Positions 29,640 to 51,773 of a stretch of 64,000 nucleotides of DNA are shown in pieces. The position numbers and the translations under genes are program-made. Position 1 is the first letter of the stretch. Each line of letters begins with the position of its first letter. Below the pieces are notes generated by a model. The model worked only from the letters and a program-made list of their open reading frames with translations, made no database searches and was not told the DNA's origin. Origin of the DNA: Chrysomallon squamiferum (Eukaryota > Animalia > Mollusca); the NCBI GenBank assembly GCA_012295275.1, contig CM022679.1, positions 26,722,001 to 26,786,000 of the forward strand. The letters are read 5' to 3'.

Positions 29640-32162
29640 GGTTCACTGTGCCTTACAACTAATGCTCCTACTACCATACAATTACTTGAACATCATCTTC
29701 TATTATTACTACAACGTCTGTACCACTCACTGCTACAACTACTTCCGAACAGCTACAACAGTTATCACTGATCTACAGTCCTTCTACGCTATTACGCCAT
29801 TTAAAAAAATATATGAAAAGCTATAAAAGTGAGCAGCTGAAAGTAAAGACGAAGGAGTAACAATACACACAGCAAGTGAAAAATACCCAGCACAATTTCT
29901 GCTATTAATATCAAATAATTGGTTTGAAATAGTCCAGTTAATTTTATATTACAGTTAACCAGCTTGACTGCTGATGATTAAGCTGTGAATAATATTAACC
30001 CATTATTAGATGATACAATTAACCCATTACCAGATAATACACTAACCCGTGACTAGATGATATATTAAATCGTAACCAGATGGTATGTTAACCCAATACC
30101 AGATATGTCAGTCCATTTACCAGACGATACATTAACCATTAAGAGATGATGTACTAACCCATTACCAGATGGTAAGTTAACCAAGTATCAGATGATACAT
30201 TAACCCGAAACCAGATGGTATGTCAACCTATAAACTTAGAATGACGGTGGTAATTGCGCTTTTATAAGTACCAAGTAGGTCGACTAAGTGTAAATGATGT
30301 TTTATAACAGGTATTTTTCGAATAGGAAAAAATAATTTTTATCATCCTTTTTCTTACAGTAATTGTTAAGTAATTGGAATGTGAATGATGCTGTGGTACA
30401 CACACACACATTTCGCAGAACTTTTGTTAGCATGTATTAGATTCTTAATCATCTGATAATCATATATCATCCATAAAGTCAGTGAAAGTGATTTTACACA
30501 ATGATTATGTAAAACTAAATAATGTGTTTTATATTCAATACGAGAATGTGTTTTTGTTTTGTGCAGGAAGTATGCAGAAAGCTCTATTGTTCTAAACACA
30601 GAAAGCTGAAAGATAAAGAATGCATTCCAAAGGGAGGTAATGCAGATTATACATACAGCTTCAACATCGTGTTGAAACCACTTGACCGTCGCACGTCACG
30701 GACCCTTGAAGACTGGGAACTTGTGACCAATATGATGATATCCACTCTGCAAATTATAATGAACGAACTGGACTCGACGAACTACGTGTATACCCTAACA
30801 GTGAGTGATGATTCCATTCTGAGACTCTCTTGTAAGTTACTGATCTTGGAAAACACGCAGAGAGTAGACACAGAAGAAAAATTATTTTCCCTCGTGTTTA
30901 GCAACTGGGAAATAGACTTCCGAGACCAGCGTTATTTGTTTGAACCATCAGATACGGTGATTAATGACGAGAGGGACGCACGAAAAGCCACTTACCGATC
31001 AGACCCAGTTTCTGGAACGTGTTGTAGTACGGAATCCAGCTCTTTGGACCTGAATCCTCTAAACAAAACCATCATACCAGAGACAGTTGAAATCACCCGA
31101 CACTTTCTTTGTCCCTATGTGAAGCTTGATGCTGCTGATTTCACGCTTAGTACGACCGACTGGATCGACCTAGATTACGCAAATGTTTCTCTTCCTGCTA
31201 AATACGTCTCTTTTCTGCCAGACGGAGAGATTGGCGTTTGTGTAGAAACTTTGCTGGCTGCGTACAATGGATCAGAACTGAGCGAAGTGTCTGCAGAAAT
31301 GGACGCGGTTCTAGTCGTGCAGAACACGCTGTCATTCGTCTGCGTGACGGTCTCTCTCGTGTGTCTCGTCTGCACGTTCGTCACGTACTGCACGTTCTCC
31401 AGTCTGCGAAGTCTTCCCGCTAAGAACAACATGTTCCTCACCGCCTACCTCTTCCTCGCACAACTTGTCTTCCAGTTTGGCTTCGGTCAGACGCAGAACA
31501 AAACGCTCTGCGTCATCCTGGGCGTGATCATCCACTGTCTGTGGATGAATGTAATTCTCTGGATGAACGTCTGCTCTTTCCACATGTACCGGGTTTTCGT
31601 TCTGAATCCAGCGCACCATACGCAGACATCGCGACCGAAATACGTGCTTCGATACGTACTTTACACGACCGTAACGTCGTTTGCAGTAAGTGGCGTAACT
31701 ATAGGAACATCTCTTATTATATCCGAGGGTAACGAAACTGGCTACGGAGGTGAAACCTGCTACTTGGCAACACCGGCAATCATTGGCTACGCATTTGTCC
31801 TACCTCTTTCGTTGGTTTTGTGTTCAAACATAATATTTTTCGCCCTGACAGTGCATTCGATATCAAACGTACGAAAGGTTAAGAAGCTGGCTGGAAGGGA
31901 GCGTCGTAATATTTACGTGTACATGAAACTGTCCGTCCTCACAGGAATGTTCTGGACCGTCTCGGTACTGTCCGAAATTCTAGAGGTAGATGCGCTGTCA
32001 TACGTAGCTATTGTTCTGAACGGAAGTCAAGGACTGTTCTTGTTTGTTTGTTACGCTATGAACAGACGCGTTCTGTTGCTATGGAAAGAGCTGTTCTCGG
32101 ACGTTATTAAGAAATATTTTGCTGGCAGCAACGCGAACGCAACAGAAGTTACCAGTGTGTAA
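28347..32162 (+). CDS. Family-B/Methuselah-like 7TM GPCR with Cys-rich, somatomedin-B-like ectodomain (paralog 2)
   Basis: Coding exons 28347-29327 (ends ATAAAG|gtgaga) and 30567-32162 (gtgcag|GAAGTA), phase 0, same intron position as paralog 1. MEIGGEQFIIVVLLCLQT signal-like; CYCDEYCEEFGDCCPD; CNTTGQW...YRNIFCYLCNG; 7TM motifs CVILGVIIHCLWMNVILWMNVCSFHMY, GYGGETCYL and VLNGSQGLFLF. Confidence 0.9.
29990..30230. repeat. Degenerate tandem repeat, unit about 23 bp
   Basis: Recurring TAACCCATTACCAGATGATACAT-like units in the GPCR2 intron. Confidence 0.7.
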
Positions 32163-32343
32163 TCTTTTTCTTTTTTTCCCAGTCCCCAAACTTTCCTATA
32201 ATTATAATCAGTCATATTAAACAGAAATTTATCAGTAAGGGTTATTATATACGTTATTTATTTATTGATTTATTTATTGTTGTCGTTATTGTCGTTGTTG
32301 TCAGTGTCGTCATCATTATTATTTATTTTTTTATTTATTTGCC

Positions 32344-32389
<46 letters not shown>

Positions 32390-32550
32390 ATCACCCCGAA
32401 AATTGTCAACATACGAATTTATATATCGAGCTTTTTTATATCTGTAATGTTATAATATATATCTGAGTGCTATGGAAAAATAATGAAATAAAGAAGAGAG
32501 TTGAAAATAAATATAGTAACATTTCTTCAAAATGTGAAACAGATTCAATG

Positions 32551-32582
<32 letters not shown>

Positions 32583-34371
32583 GGAAAGTTTAATAAGTGA
32601 ATTACCTAAAACACAGCGGTAATAATAACAAAAACAAACAAGCTAGCAAGCAAACACGCTCTCATTTTAATAAGAAATGACGTCATTTGTCTATTGGATA
32701 TTTGCGTCATGGATACTGTGGCTTCAATCAACACTTGATATTCATGTCTAATAAATTATACATTGTCTAATATAAATAAACGTTTATTTTAAATGTGAAG
32801 CTCCTGGAGTTGACATTTATGCCATGTCGATGTTCCAGTATAAATAGTTGAACTACAACGCTGGCACTATAAGTCGCATAGAGGTAGGAACTGTCCAGCT
32901 TTGAAAAAAAAAAAAAAAAAAAATAAAAAAAAAAAAAAAAATAATAATAATAATAATAATAATAATGGTGACAATACAAAATAAACATTTAAAAATTACC
33001 AAGTTAATTAAACATTTTACCATTCTCAACATTAATTTTCAATTTATAACGTTTTAGTCAAAATATACACGACCTAAATGCTAGCCATTAAAACGATTAA
33101 AATTAAAATTTAAAAATAAACTTCCGTTTTATTTATTTTAATGAACATCGTTTACTTCAAGAGCCAAAAATTTAAGCGTGGACAGCGAACTGATAACTTG
33201 AAATAAAATTTAAAATAAAAAAATGTTCTGGTAGCGATCATTGATTGGTTATTTGATTGTCGCGTTTCAACCTTGTTCGGTCTTTCGCATCATTCTCTGA
33301 CCTGTTATTCAAAGTCAGCGACCTTTTTTCTTTCTTTCTTTTTTTATATAATATTATATGGATAGATAAAACAGAGGTCTATTATCAGAACAAAATATTT
33401 GCCTTGTAACAAATGACAAACTGTTTAAGATTAAGTTTCCTCTTAACTGACCATTAAACAAAGCTGTTAATGTTTTATCAAATTTCATGAAACTGTCAAA
33501 TAACTGTTAGAAATAATTTTTAGAAAAGAAAAAGAAAAAAATGACAAAAACACAAAATAGAAACAATGATTTATTAATCCCCATTTTCAAAAGTATTTAT
33601 TATAATTTATTATTTTTATCTTTAAAGCTATAATGAAATGACCATTTTTAATCATACAGATTTGCATTCAAATACACATACACTCATATTAATTTTTAGA
33701 AGTTTGCAGATAAAACTGTACAATAACATCACTGATTAAGTAATGTTGCATTTAGATTTCTTAAATATTTTTTTCATTCAAGTTTGAAAAAAAAAGTATC
33801 CATTTCTTCTAGATGACATCATATATTTGAAACATTTAAACTAGTGTGAGATATATTTTAAATATGTTTGTAGTAATATTATATATTTCAAGTACTGCTA
33901 TAGCAATACAATATTTTTAGCTCTCCTGTTATGTCAACATAGTTCAATAGCTCTTGTAAAGTGTTTCAACTCTAAATACAACTCCACCATGCTTTTTTGT
34001 GCATGTTTCAATTGCTACTGCACCTATTCTGGTTTTCAACTGATTCTATATCAATTCAGTATTTCATTTCAGATCTAGAAATAATATCCATTTCAAATAG
34101 TCCACACCACTTTCTTTACACCAATAAGAGACCAAAAATAATAAAGACAAAATTAACAGGAAATCAGTGAGAAATAAATAAATGAGTGAAATCTGAAATA
34201 ATAATGATTAAAAATTTATACAAAGCTGAAATGTGTTTATTATACAATGATTATTTGATCAGTTTGAATAACAAAAAAAAAAAAAAATTTAAAAAATTTA
34301 AAAAAAAATTAAAATAGATAAACATAGATGAATGCCTGAAAAGAGAATAATTTAAAAATAAAAAAATAAAA

Positions 34372-34424
<53 letters not shown>

Positions 34425-35368
34425 TAAAGAAAAATAAATAATTCTCTGTTGTTCTTGTTGTTGCTGTTTAAATTTTTAGGCAATTTCATGAAACAGTTTT
34501 CTAAATCTATGGATAATTCAATGAAATTTTTACATATATACAAAATATTCGACAATCATAATCTATTTTGACAATGTTAGAGGCAGTGAAGTATACTATA
34601 TTACATTCTGCCACTAAAACCAAATATACTGCAAAGTATACAGAAATTACATTCTGGTTGCTAAAGCTATATTACTAATGATATTTATGATTTGTGTTTA
34701 AACACAAATAGTCAAAATAATAATTATATTTAATAACATCTGCTTAATATGAAGCTTAGTAATAATATCTGATTATTTAAAATCTTTACAGTCAATAATT
34801 AAGTTGCAATGAAATTAGATATTTTGATTCGTTTTAGGCAAAAATATAATTTTACTTTAGGACATCTGGTTAATATGAAGGTTAGTAATATCTGATTACT
34901 TAAAATCTTTATAGAGTGTAATTAAATTAAATTAAATTCAATTCAATTCAATTAAATTCAATAAAATTCAATAAAATTCAATTAAATATCTTTGGTTTTT
35001 TTTGGATGTAATTTAACTATCAGTACATAGTGCAAATGTATAAAAAAACTGATTGAGAGAAACACATCAAAATGTATGACTGACTTGCATGTAGGAATAC
35101 ACAGTGACTGAATATATATATATATATTTGTGTATAGATATATATGTGTTTTACACAAACTAGAAAAATTCACATTATAGATGGCACGATCTTCTTTCGC
35201 AGATTATAAACTGTGGGCAGAAATCACAATAGTAAAATTACACGTCTAAACTTCTTCACATTCATTATTCGTTTTGTATTTTTATTACTGACTTTGTGAT
35301 TTAAAAAAAAAATAAAAAAATCCTAAAGTTCATTTATTAATTATTTTTTTTTTGTTGTTGTTGTTTTT

Positions 35369-36946
35369 TTACACATCTGTACGTTTTGGACAGCACACCT
35401 CTTCTGGGGTTTCCACGTGGGTTAGCAAAGCCTGCGAGCTGCTGTTACTGCCATAGCTCGATCCCTCAGTGCTGCTGCCACCAGGAGTGTCTACAACATT
35501 CATGTGGTCGACAACGGTGAGAGCATGGTACTGCGCAGCTTCGGGTTGGTGTGCAACACGATACACAACACCTGTTTCCGACGACGATTCGAGTTTCACT
35601 GAAATCACAAAACTGTTGTCAAGACCACATTTTTAACATTGGTGAACTGAGTTAGTGAAAATAAAACACTGGTAAACATGGCTAATTAACCAAATTTACT
35701 GTCTGGTCCAAGTTTATAATAGTTAACGAAATACGAAAACTGCTGTTTAGTGCATATTTTTAACACTGGTAAATCCACTTAACAAAAAAACCCTTGAAAT
35801 TTAGTTTTTATTGATTTAGTAAACCCAGTTAACAAAGAGACCAAATATTGTTTAGGTCGTATTTATAACACTAGTAAACCAAATTAATGAAATAACAGAA
35901 CAACTGTTTAGTCAATGTTTCTAACATACAGTTATGTTATTTAGTTTGGTTAAAATGTATTACACTATTAGATAATTAAAACATCAAAACTACTGTTCTG
36001 TTAATATTTCTAACAACAAAACAACTAAGCTATTCTTTAGAGCACATTTGTAATACTGAAAAACCCAACTAACTAAATGAAAAAAGTCACTTCTTTTTAA
36101 TCCATATTTATGACATTTACAGGCCCAGTTAATTAAATAACAAAACTGACATTTGGTTGACATTTATAACACATTTCCTGAAGAAGCACAAGTTCACATT
36201 TTACATAAACTACTGTAACATACATAATAATGAAAAATAATATTATTAATAATAATAATAATGCAGGAAATTGTCATTTCTGAACTATAAAATAAAATTT
36301 ATAAACAAAAACACCAAAAACCAGAATAACTATACTTATGACAATCTCTACATCTGTTCCAGTTGTCATGGGCAACTGTGAGAAAAAAACCCCAAAACAA
36401 CCCAAAAGAAAAACAAAACAAAAAACATGCATACCAAAACATTAATATATACACTCAGACATACCAGAACTGTCTGACACAGCGTGGACTTCATCACAGT
36501 CGTCATAATCTGGCTCTGGCTCAGCCTCGGAGGTGTCTTCGTGTTCATCGTCTGCCATGTGGCCCATGGATACTGCGCCGGTCAGCTTGCTGTCCTCTGG
36601 CTCTCCAATACTCACTGTGGCCATGCTGTACAGTTTGACAACTTCGTCGCCAACTCCAGCACCCACGCTGTCATCGTAAGTTGGCAGAGACTAAAGCAGG
36701 AACAGAGAAATATTTATTTTCGGTATTAACTAACATGCTATGCTATAAATTATAGATACTTATGGCTATGGCTTATTAAATAAAATAAAGTTTTTAAAAT
36801 ATTACCATCTGTGAAATAAAAGTTGTTTCTCTCTCTCTCAAATACATTTGTGTACATACAAAACATACACACATGCTCATGGACATACTATTATATGGTA
36901 AACAATTGAATTTTTTTTTATGGCAGATATACATACACGCACACTT

Positions 36947-36987
<41 letters not shown>

Positions 36988-37855
36988 ACACACTATTTTA
37001 TGTAGTCAACAATTGAAATATATAAAAAAAATATTGAACTTCTAGTGATTTTCAATAAACAAAACAGCTAGTCACACCCTTTTTGAGGCAGATTTTTTCC
37101 TTTCATCATTTGAATAGTCTTCTTCTGAGTCTGGAGGAGGAACTGTCTTTTCCTCTGGGTAATATCTGAAAAAAAAAACCCAGCTGAGTCACATGCAGAA
37201 TGGACAGATGAATTAACCACCCTACAGAAGTCACAGCTAAATGACAGACCCTTTAATTAATGTGTGAATGGTCAGAATTCTGTGATTTGAAAAAAAAAAG
37301 GAAATAAAAAACATTTAACCAACCCTCCACTTCCATAATCTGGTGAAATAAATATCAAATTATTAACATATGTGAAATGCCACAATGATATCAAACACAT
37401 CACGTATACATCACCAGAATTTCATGATGCAAAAAAAGATATATATATATATATAAAATAACCATTAATATTGTGATTTAGAAAGCCACAACATTATCAA
37501 ATATCCAATATGATAAAGAAAATATCATAAAACAGCAGACACTTCCATTATTTTTGAAATATAAGAAAATACAAGCAATATCCAACATACCCGACATCTC
37601 CTGAGTTAGGTGAAGTGATAGTTTTGTGGTCTATCTCGAGGACCTGCTCACAAACTACCTCTGGTGTTATATTCACAGTCTTCTTCTCCACTTTGGTAGG
37701 CAACACTTTATCAGGGTCCATTTCCTTCTGGTACTCAATGTGAGCCATGTCCTTTACACTGATCAAAGTGGAACAGTAAAAATATTAGATGTGCTTACAA
37801 CACAGTACTTACACAACCTCTGTATTTTAAACATGGGTAGATATTAATATTTATT

Positions 37856-37895
<40 letters not shown>

Positions 37896-40800
37896 CAGAG
37901 AGATAGATAGGTAGAGAGATAGACAGATAGATGGATACTTAGACAGCCTAAGAAACACCTAGATAGACTGACATATTGGCACACACAGACAAACACACAT
38001 ACATGCTCATATCCACAAATTTAACAAATACTTGAAATAAAGTGATATTGTCTTACTGAGAGGCCTTTTTCTTTGAATTCTCCAAAGTGAACATGGTTCC
38101 TGGTGTGACAAACGGCATAGGAGGACCACCTGTAAGTAAACAAATGGAATGTCAGTGAGAACACACACACATACAGACACACTACTGCCATACATTCACA
38201 AATAGATACATACCTAATATATATGTACATACACACCACATAAATATCTACTTACATGCATAGTCAGTAGTCTTGTTACATACAACAACAACAACAACAA
38301 AAAGACACCTACAAACATATATATATATATATATATATGTTGTTTTAATCACTTTGAAATACTCAGTCACACACTCAAATACATACATGCACAAGCCCCA
38401 AAACACATACACACTCAAATATACACTAACACCTAACCTTATACACTCCCACCACGCACACACACACACACACACACAAACAGAGAGTCAGAGTGTTAAA
38501 AAGAAAGACATTAGCTAGAAGGTCTTACTTTCTCCCAGTGGAGGAACACACTGTCCATTGAGGGCTTCAATCAGTGTCACTGCTTCATAGCCAGGGGGAA
38601 CTCCCTCCTGACTTACTACAGTCTCTTCCGTTGTCTCACTCTGTCAACACAAAGTAAAAACACATAAATTAGCATTTGTGTTGTCTCACACAAAATACAG
38701 AATAACATTAAACTCTTGTGTTGTCTCACACAAAACACAAATTTACAGTCTAACAATAACTTCTTCTGCTGTGTCAAACATCACACAAACTTCCAATGTA
38801 CAATTAACCTCTTGTGTTTTCTCAAAACACAACCTTCCAGTGTAACATTAACCTCTAGTGTTGCAAGAAACAAAATACAAACTCCTAAAATAACAATAAC
38901 CTCTTGTGTTGTCTCATACAAAACACAAACTCTCATGCTGTCTCATTCTTTAACAACAAACATTCATTACAATGAAGTAAAATTTAAAGCACCCAGCATT
39001 ACACATGAAGAGTGTTTTCCCTATTCAGGAATAGGAGAGCAGCTTGCCCTGTTCCTTTTTGGGACCATCCTTCTGCCCAAAATTCTTAAATCCCTCATTT
39101 GTCTAAATTTTCAAAAAAACATGCCAATAATTACTGCGATATTGTCTCAGATCTGACTATGATTATTGTTGTCTGCAGGCATCAGTTTGTCGAGCAAACA
39201 ACACCTTTTAGCACAAATAAACAGCACTTTTTAGCTCCAGTAAAGAAATACAAATGTCAACTTTTTATTGTTAATAAACAAAAACAAACAACTCTTTGTT
39301 GCCCCATTAAACAAACACAAACAGCACTACAAATGATAATTTTTGGTGCTAATAAACAAATATGAATGGCACTTTTCAATGCCAATAAACCAACACAATG
39401 GCACTTTTTAGCATCTTCAAATATTCACAAAAGTTTAACTATGAGATCTTGTCAATTCTGCCCTTTTGAAGAGAGGTAATAGGAAAAAAAATAAAATGCC
39501 CCCTTTTTCTACCTGTGCCTGCCCCTTTTTCAATCAAGGCTAAACACTAATTAAAACACAGTAAACAAACACACAGGTGGATGATTTACAAAACTCCTAG
39601 TTAATAAAATACAAACTTTATTTTTTTTAGAAACTTAAAAATTGTGAATTGACGAATTAATTAATACTGACTGCAACCGAGCCATAAACTGTAAAAAATG
39701 AGGGGTAACAAGTATATACAAGAAATTTTTTGCAGGGATAACTGAAATGCTGTGAGATAGGATTATTACACTCACAGGCTGAACTGCTGATGGTGGGAGC
39801 TTCTTTCTCATGGCTCGAATCTGAAGGAGAGCTCGAAACTTCACTCGACAGATGGGACACATGCTGGCCTGGTAACGCAGCGACTTGGCGCATGCACTAC
39901 ACAGACAGAGGTGTCGACAGGGCAGGATCAGAGTGTCACGCATGTCAGACATGCAAATGACACACTCGGCCCCACTGTCTTCCACTTCATCGTCAGGGTC
40001 CAGCTGACAAATGAAAAATAATAATCATGATAAAAATGTTATTATGATCAGGGACCAGCTAATAAGTAGAGAACACTAATAATTTATGTTTTCATATTTA
40101 TTTCCTAAAATTACCAACTAATTATATTATTATTTACAAAGCCTGGATACAAGAACAAATAAGAATTTTTTTTTTTTTTTTAAAATAAGAATTTATGTTT
40201 TAAGATTTATTTCTTAAAATTATTGACTTATTACTTCATTATCAACAAAGACAGGTCACAAAAAAAAAAAAAAAAAAAAAAAATGAAATAAGTAAGATAA
40301 CATTTAATTAGTCTGGTTGAAGTTTAACTTTAAATTCTCCTGTCCACCTACCTTCGACCTCTCCATGTTTTTATTCTCAATGCCGTAGATTTCTTGCAGT
40401 AAATACGACAGGCCATCTACAAACTGCTTTTGTTTCAGGGGTTTCAGTGAATAGTTGTTGTCCACGCCTTTCTCAATGGAGGCAAATGTCACATGACAGT
40501 GACCAGCATGCTCTGATGAAAGAAAGCAAAAATTTTTTTGTTTTTAATTTTATTTTATTTTTTAAAGTTTTACTTTTCTAATGTTGGTAATAGCAACAAA
40601 ATGTCTCCACTGAAACCCTGCATAATTTCTTCCATCAAACTGTACAATTATCCAAGTTCCCAGAAAACAGTACAGTTAAAAGATATCTGAATAGCACCAT
40701 TTTTTTTTTCTATAATTTTAATCTTATTACAATTTCATCTGTCCACCGTATAGTAATGACATGGCAATTCCATTTTCAAAAGGATTAAATGACAATATCC

Positions 40801-40937
40801 AAATAGTATTTCAAGCGAAAATAGGATACCCAGAACAATGAAATATTAGCTTGAAAGTGTAAAGAATTTCATAACATTATTATTTTATTTATTTATTTAT
40901 TTATTATTATTACAATTTCTTTTTTGCCAATATAAAA

Positions 40938-40971
<34 letters not shown>

Positions 40972-43900
40972 CTAAAACCCAATTTTTGTTGTGGTTGCTA
41001 AACCAATTTTTTTTTTTTTTTTTTTTTTTGCTAAAACCATTGATTGTCTTTAAATGAAAAAACAACAACACAAACCTTCTTCTTCAACACAGCATTGGAT
41101 AACTACAGGTATAGTTTCCTTATCAACTGAGAACTGCCACTGAAATTTAAAAAAACAAAACCATATAGCAACAAGCAGCAGTATACAACTCAAACACCAT
41201 TAATGGCAGTTATATAATATACTTAGAAGAACAGATAACAATAATAAGCATAATAATAATAATAAGAAGATAAAGGTGATGATAATGATTACGATGATGA
41301 TGATGATGACTATGATGATGACATCTAACTTCCTCCATTACTTTAATTTCTTTAATGTAGGTTAAACGACACTTTCAGTGTATGTCTGTGTGCATGTGTG
41401 TGTGTGTCTGTCTGTCTGTGTGACTCTTCAGAGGATCAGCTATTGGATTTTAACACCTGAAAATCAACTGCAGTGATAACTGCTGAGCAGTAAAGTATTA
41501 ATCTTTTGCTTATTATGTCTAAATCATGAAAAAACCTTGCTGATTTGTCTATTCAATATATTAATATATTTCTGAAACTCAATGGGAATTTAGCATGTAT
41601 TAACCTGTTGCTGAATAATCTACTGGAGTTTAATGTTTTCAATACTGTTCAATCTCTACTGAAGTTTAATATGTATTAATATATTGCTGAATATCTACTG
41701 GAGTTTAATAAGTATTCAAATACTGCTGAATGTTTACTGAAGTTTAATATCTATTATTTTAAAAATGCTCAATGCAGTTTCAATAGGTATTAAGATAACT
41801 GGAGGTTAATATATATTCATTTATTGCTGTCCAGTGGTGGGTAAACACTACAGACCTCTTCTGCTGAATGTCTGCTAGGGTCAATGATGTGGCTGGACTG
41901 ACTGAACACCTGACCAGCTCCTTTCTTGTAATGGTAAGTGTCAGAGGTCATGGCTTCATCTCTTGGGTGGTATCTGAAACAATTAACTATCTGATAGATT
42001 ATTCCCTTTTTCAAACGAATCATGGTCTCTTGCGTAATTACATTTATCATTAAGTGGTATGTAACTGTCATAATTTCAAATACGTAACACTGCAATTTCA
42101 AATACAACAGATGCGGTTTCTTTCTTTCTTTCTCATTTTAAATATGTGACAATGAGAAAATAAGTAGTATTGTGTTCCCACAATTCTTTACAGGCTCATT
42201 TCATTTACTATCATAACTTATTATCAGCAAAGTTTAGTTTCATGAACGAGGCAGGACAACCATTAAGAAATATGCAAATTGCCATAACCGTCTCTGTTTT
42301 CATTAGCACACTTAAATTATATTATTTGTGAACTTAGAAAAGTTATTTATCACAGAATCCTCACATCAGCTGTCCATTGGCTATTTCTTCTGTAGCCAAG
42401 TAGTAAATGGTGATTGTGCATCTGCAGTCTGCATCAAATGTGAACTCGATGTTATACTGTGGACACGAACACTCTTTCTCATCCTTGTCCAGTGGAACCT
42501 TTTCCCACAGTGGCGACCTGAAATACACTCACCAGTTAGAGTCGACTCAATTTTCTGTTACTTGTTTGCTCAAATAAAGAAAGAATAATAGTAATACAAA
42601 ATCTATTACTGATGGTATTTAGCTGTGATGCAAACAAAAAAAAAAAAAAAAAAAGTTTTATTTAAATTTTTGTGCATCAGAATTAATAATATGCATCTAC
42701 TAATTACATGGGTATTTCAGTTTGTTTAGTTTTTTTTGTCAAGAAATGTATATTATCACAAATGAAAAATAAATATCTGTAATTCTATACACCAGTAAGA
42801 CTCCTGCATGACAAAACAATCCAGCTGAAATTTAGACCTACTAGAGAAAAATGTGGTTTTCAAGAAAAGAGGTAACCAGTAATGGATGACACGAGTTTGT
42901 ACAACTGTCGTAATTCAGATTCAGCCTCAGCCAGAAAGGTCATTCAAGTATGCATAATTAGTTTTAACTATACAAAAAATTTGTAAAATTATATTTGAAA
43001 AGATGTAGAGAAAAAAAATAACTTAAAAAAATATAAAAATTTTAACCGTCCCTTTAGTATTCACTTCCCAAGCGAAATCATTTTAAGTTGTCATGCACTT
43101 TTATTGTCATTTAAAAAAATGACTTTGAACGTGATTTGACATGTATTTATAAAAAAAGTTATAAAATATGTATCTCATGTAACATTTATAGAATACACAT
43201 CATGTTAACAGTTTTATTTCTAGAATACAAACCCATGTAAACAGTTTTATTTTTAGAATACACACCATAGTTTATTCTTAGAATACACATCATATGTAAA
43301 AAATAAAAAATAAGAATACACATCATGTAAAGTTATATTTCTAGAATAAAAATCCACATAATAAAGCTTTTTTTTTATAGAATACACACTAAGTAAACTG
43401 TTTTCTTCTTAGAATCCACATCATATGTAAAGTTATTTTTAAAATACACACACTGTACAAACAGCTATATTTTCAGAAAACGGAACTCATGTATAAAATT
43501 TTTTTTTTTTTTTTTTCAAAATTTGTGTTACATTACTTAATAATTTCCACTTATCCAGTCACTTTAGATGTGCTGAAGGACTTGCCTGTGTAAGAGAGGT
43601 CTGGTGTACGTGTATGTGTTTGTATCAGTAGGTAAGTTAAACTTAACTTACTTTACAAGACGGAGTGAATCTTTTCTGATATAAACGAGACTCTTCAATG
43701 TCTTGGTTGGCTCGCTGCCACTAGGAACTGGATATGGGAACTGAAAAGAATAAATAAACATTTACCATCATGGAGTGTGGTACTTGGAGACAGTCATATG
43801 TTTCTGTCAAAAATATAATAATAATAAGAAGAAGAAGAAGAAGAAGAAGAATGAAAATGATAATAATAATAATAATAATATTAATAATAATAATAATAAT

Positions 43901-45270
43901 AATCATAATAAAAATTATATATTTACACAGATACCCACACAACCATGCAAACAATCTTTTAGTGAGTATGTATTTGTGTTATGTCTATGGATTTAAAAAT
44001 ATCTATAGATACATCCTCAGCAAGTCAGTGTTGGAACAAATAAATTTCTACCTTCTTTCTATCATAATTTAAAAGTAAACACAGAAATAGCTTTGTTTCA
44101 TTTTTCACTTATAACCTGTCAGCATAAAGAGGCAGGAACTGATGTGATTACGATTTATATTGCTGACAGAAATGTTACAAAGCATCAAGTTGTTGACATC
44201 TACCTGAACAGGCCTCTGGGTATTTTTTTAGCTCTGTTCTTGTTCTCCATTAAAACATATGAAAAACAGTTCAGATGCAGCCATGTTCACATGCCTTAGC
44301 TCTGAGCTGCATTATATTTATAAGAATTTCATAAACACACTTCAGAAAAACAAACAAAAAGAAATTAACTATCTTAGGTGTGATAGTAGTAAAAGTGTGT
44401 TACTTATATTTACAATATAATTTACATGAATAATAATAATAATAATCATAAATAAATAAATAAAATACCCCTCCAATGCACATACTCGCCATGAAAATAT
44501 ATATACTTACTGGAACTGGTTTGTTTCCAAGGAAGTTGAGATCTTCATTTTCACCAAACAAATATTCACCTGGTTGTGGGGAATCAAACCTTTCTCCACC
44601 CATAATGAAATGGGTACCAAAATATTGACCTACATATGAAAATACAAAAGATTAAATTAAATTAAAATGATAATAGTTATTATACATCATAGATTTGACA
44701 AATGTATTTTAAAAAACATGTTGCTGACTGTTCAAATGACTGAGTACAGGTCAGACTAACACAAGCAATCCAGACAATTGTTATAATTTTAACGTAAACA
44801 GTATCATCGCCTGCTGCATATTAGTTAGACTTCAGGTTTCAGTGATACCACTGGTCTAGTGTTCAATTTAGTATATGATAAATATTCTTGTTAAAATATG
44901 TCTTTATTATTTATATGATTAAAAATATTAAAACAACAACAAAATTTAAAAAAAGGACTAAAATATAATTAATAAAAGTATACCTAACAATATTCATTGG
45001 AAACATTTAAAATTATTTAAGTAAATTACATAATAATCAAAAGAATACTTGAATAAATCAGTAATAGTAATATAAATACAAATAGCAAATATTAATACAG
45101 ACACTGACAATGGCACAGTGACAGGAAGTAAAGAAAGAAAAAAAGAAAACAATAAAATAACATCTTCCTCCGATCTTACCAGTTTTAGGTGGGTATCTGT
45201 AAGCATTACTGGCTGCGATGTCCACGGTTTCGACGCCTGTATTTCGTCTCGATGTTAACGTAGCACCCAT
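35369..45270 (-). CDS. MGRN1: E3 ubiquitin-protein ligase MGRN1/RNF157 (Mahogunin) ortholog
   Basis: Minus-strand exons: 45180-45270, 44511-44629, 43652-43740, 42365-42517, 41856-41973, 41076-41139, 40352-40512, 39776-40003, 38529-38640, 38057-38129, 37591-37758, 37078-37165, 36465-36690, 35369-35598. Myristoylation-type start MGATLTSRR; YRYPPK; [29 protein letters not shown]; [22 protein letters not shown]; [46 protein letters not shown]. Confidence 0.95.
38676..38930. repeat. Degenerate tandem repeat in an MGRN1 intron
   Basis: Recurring CTCTTGTGTTGTCTCACACAAAACACA...AACATTAAC units. Confidence 0.65.
43185..43480. repeat. Degenerate tandem repeat, unit about 30 bp, in an MGRN1 intron
   Basis: Recurring TAGAATACACATCATGTAAACAGTTTTATTTC-like units. 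Confidence 0.7.
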
Positions 45271-51574
<6,304 letters not shown>

Positions 51575-51722
51575 TTGGCTGCCTGACCCAAAAGTAGTCC
51601 ATCATGTGACATGTTGGCTGTCATGTGACATGTATGGGCTGTTACGTGACCTTGTGTGGGCTATCATGCCCATTGTTAGACATGCATTCTGAAGGAATTA
51701 ATTGATATTGTTGTGTGACAGA

Positions 51723-51773
<51 letters not shown>

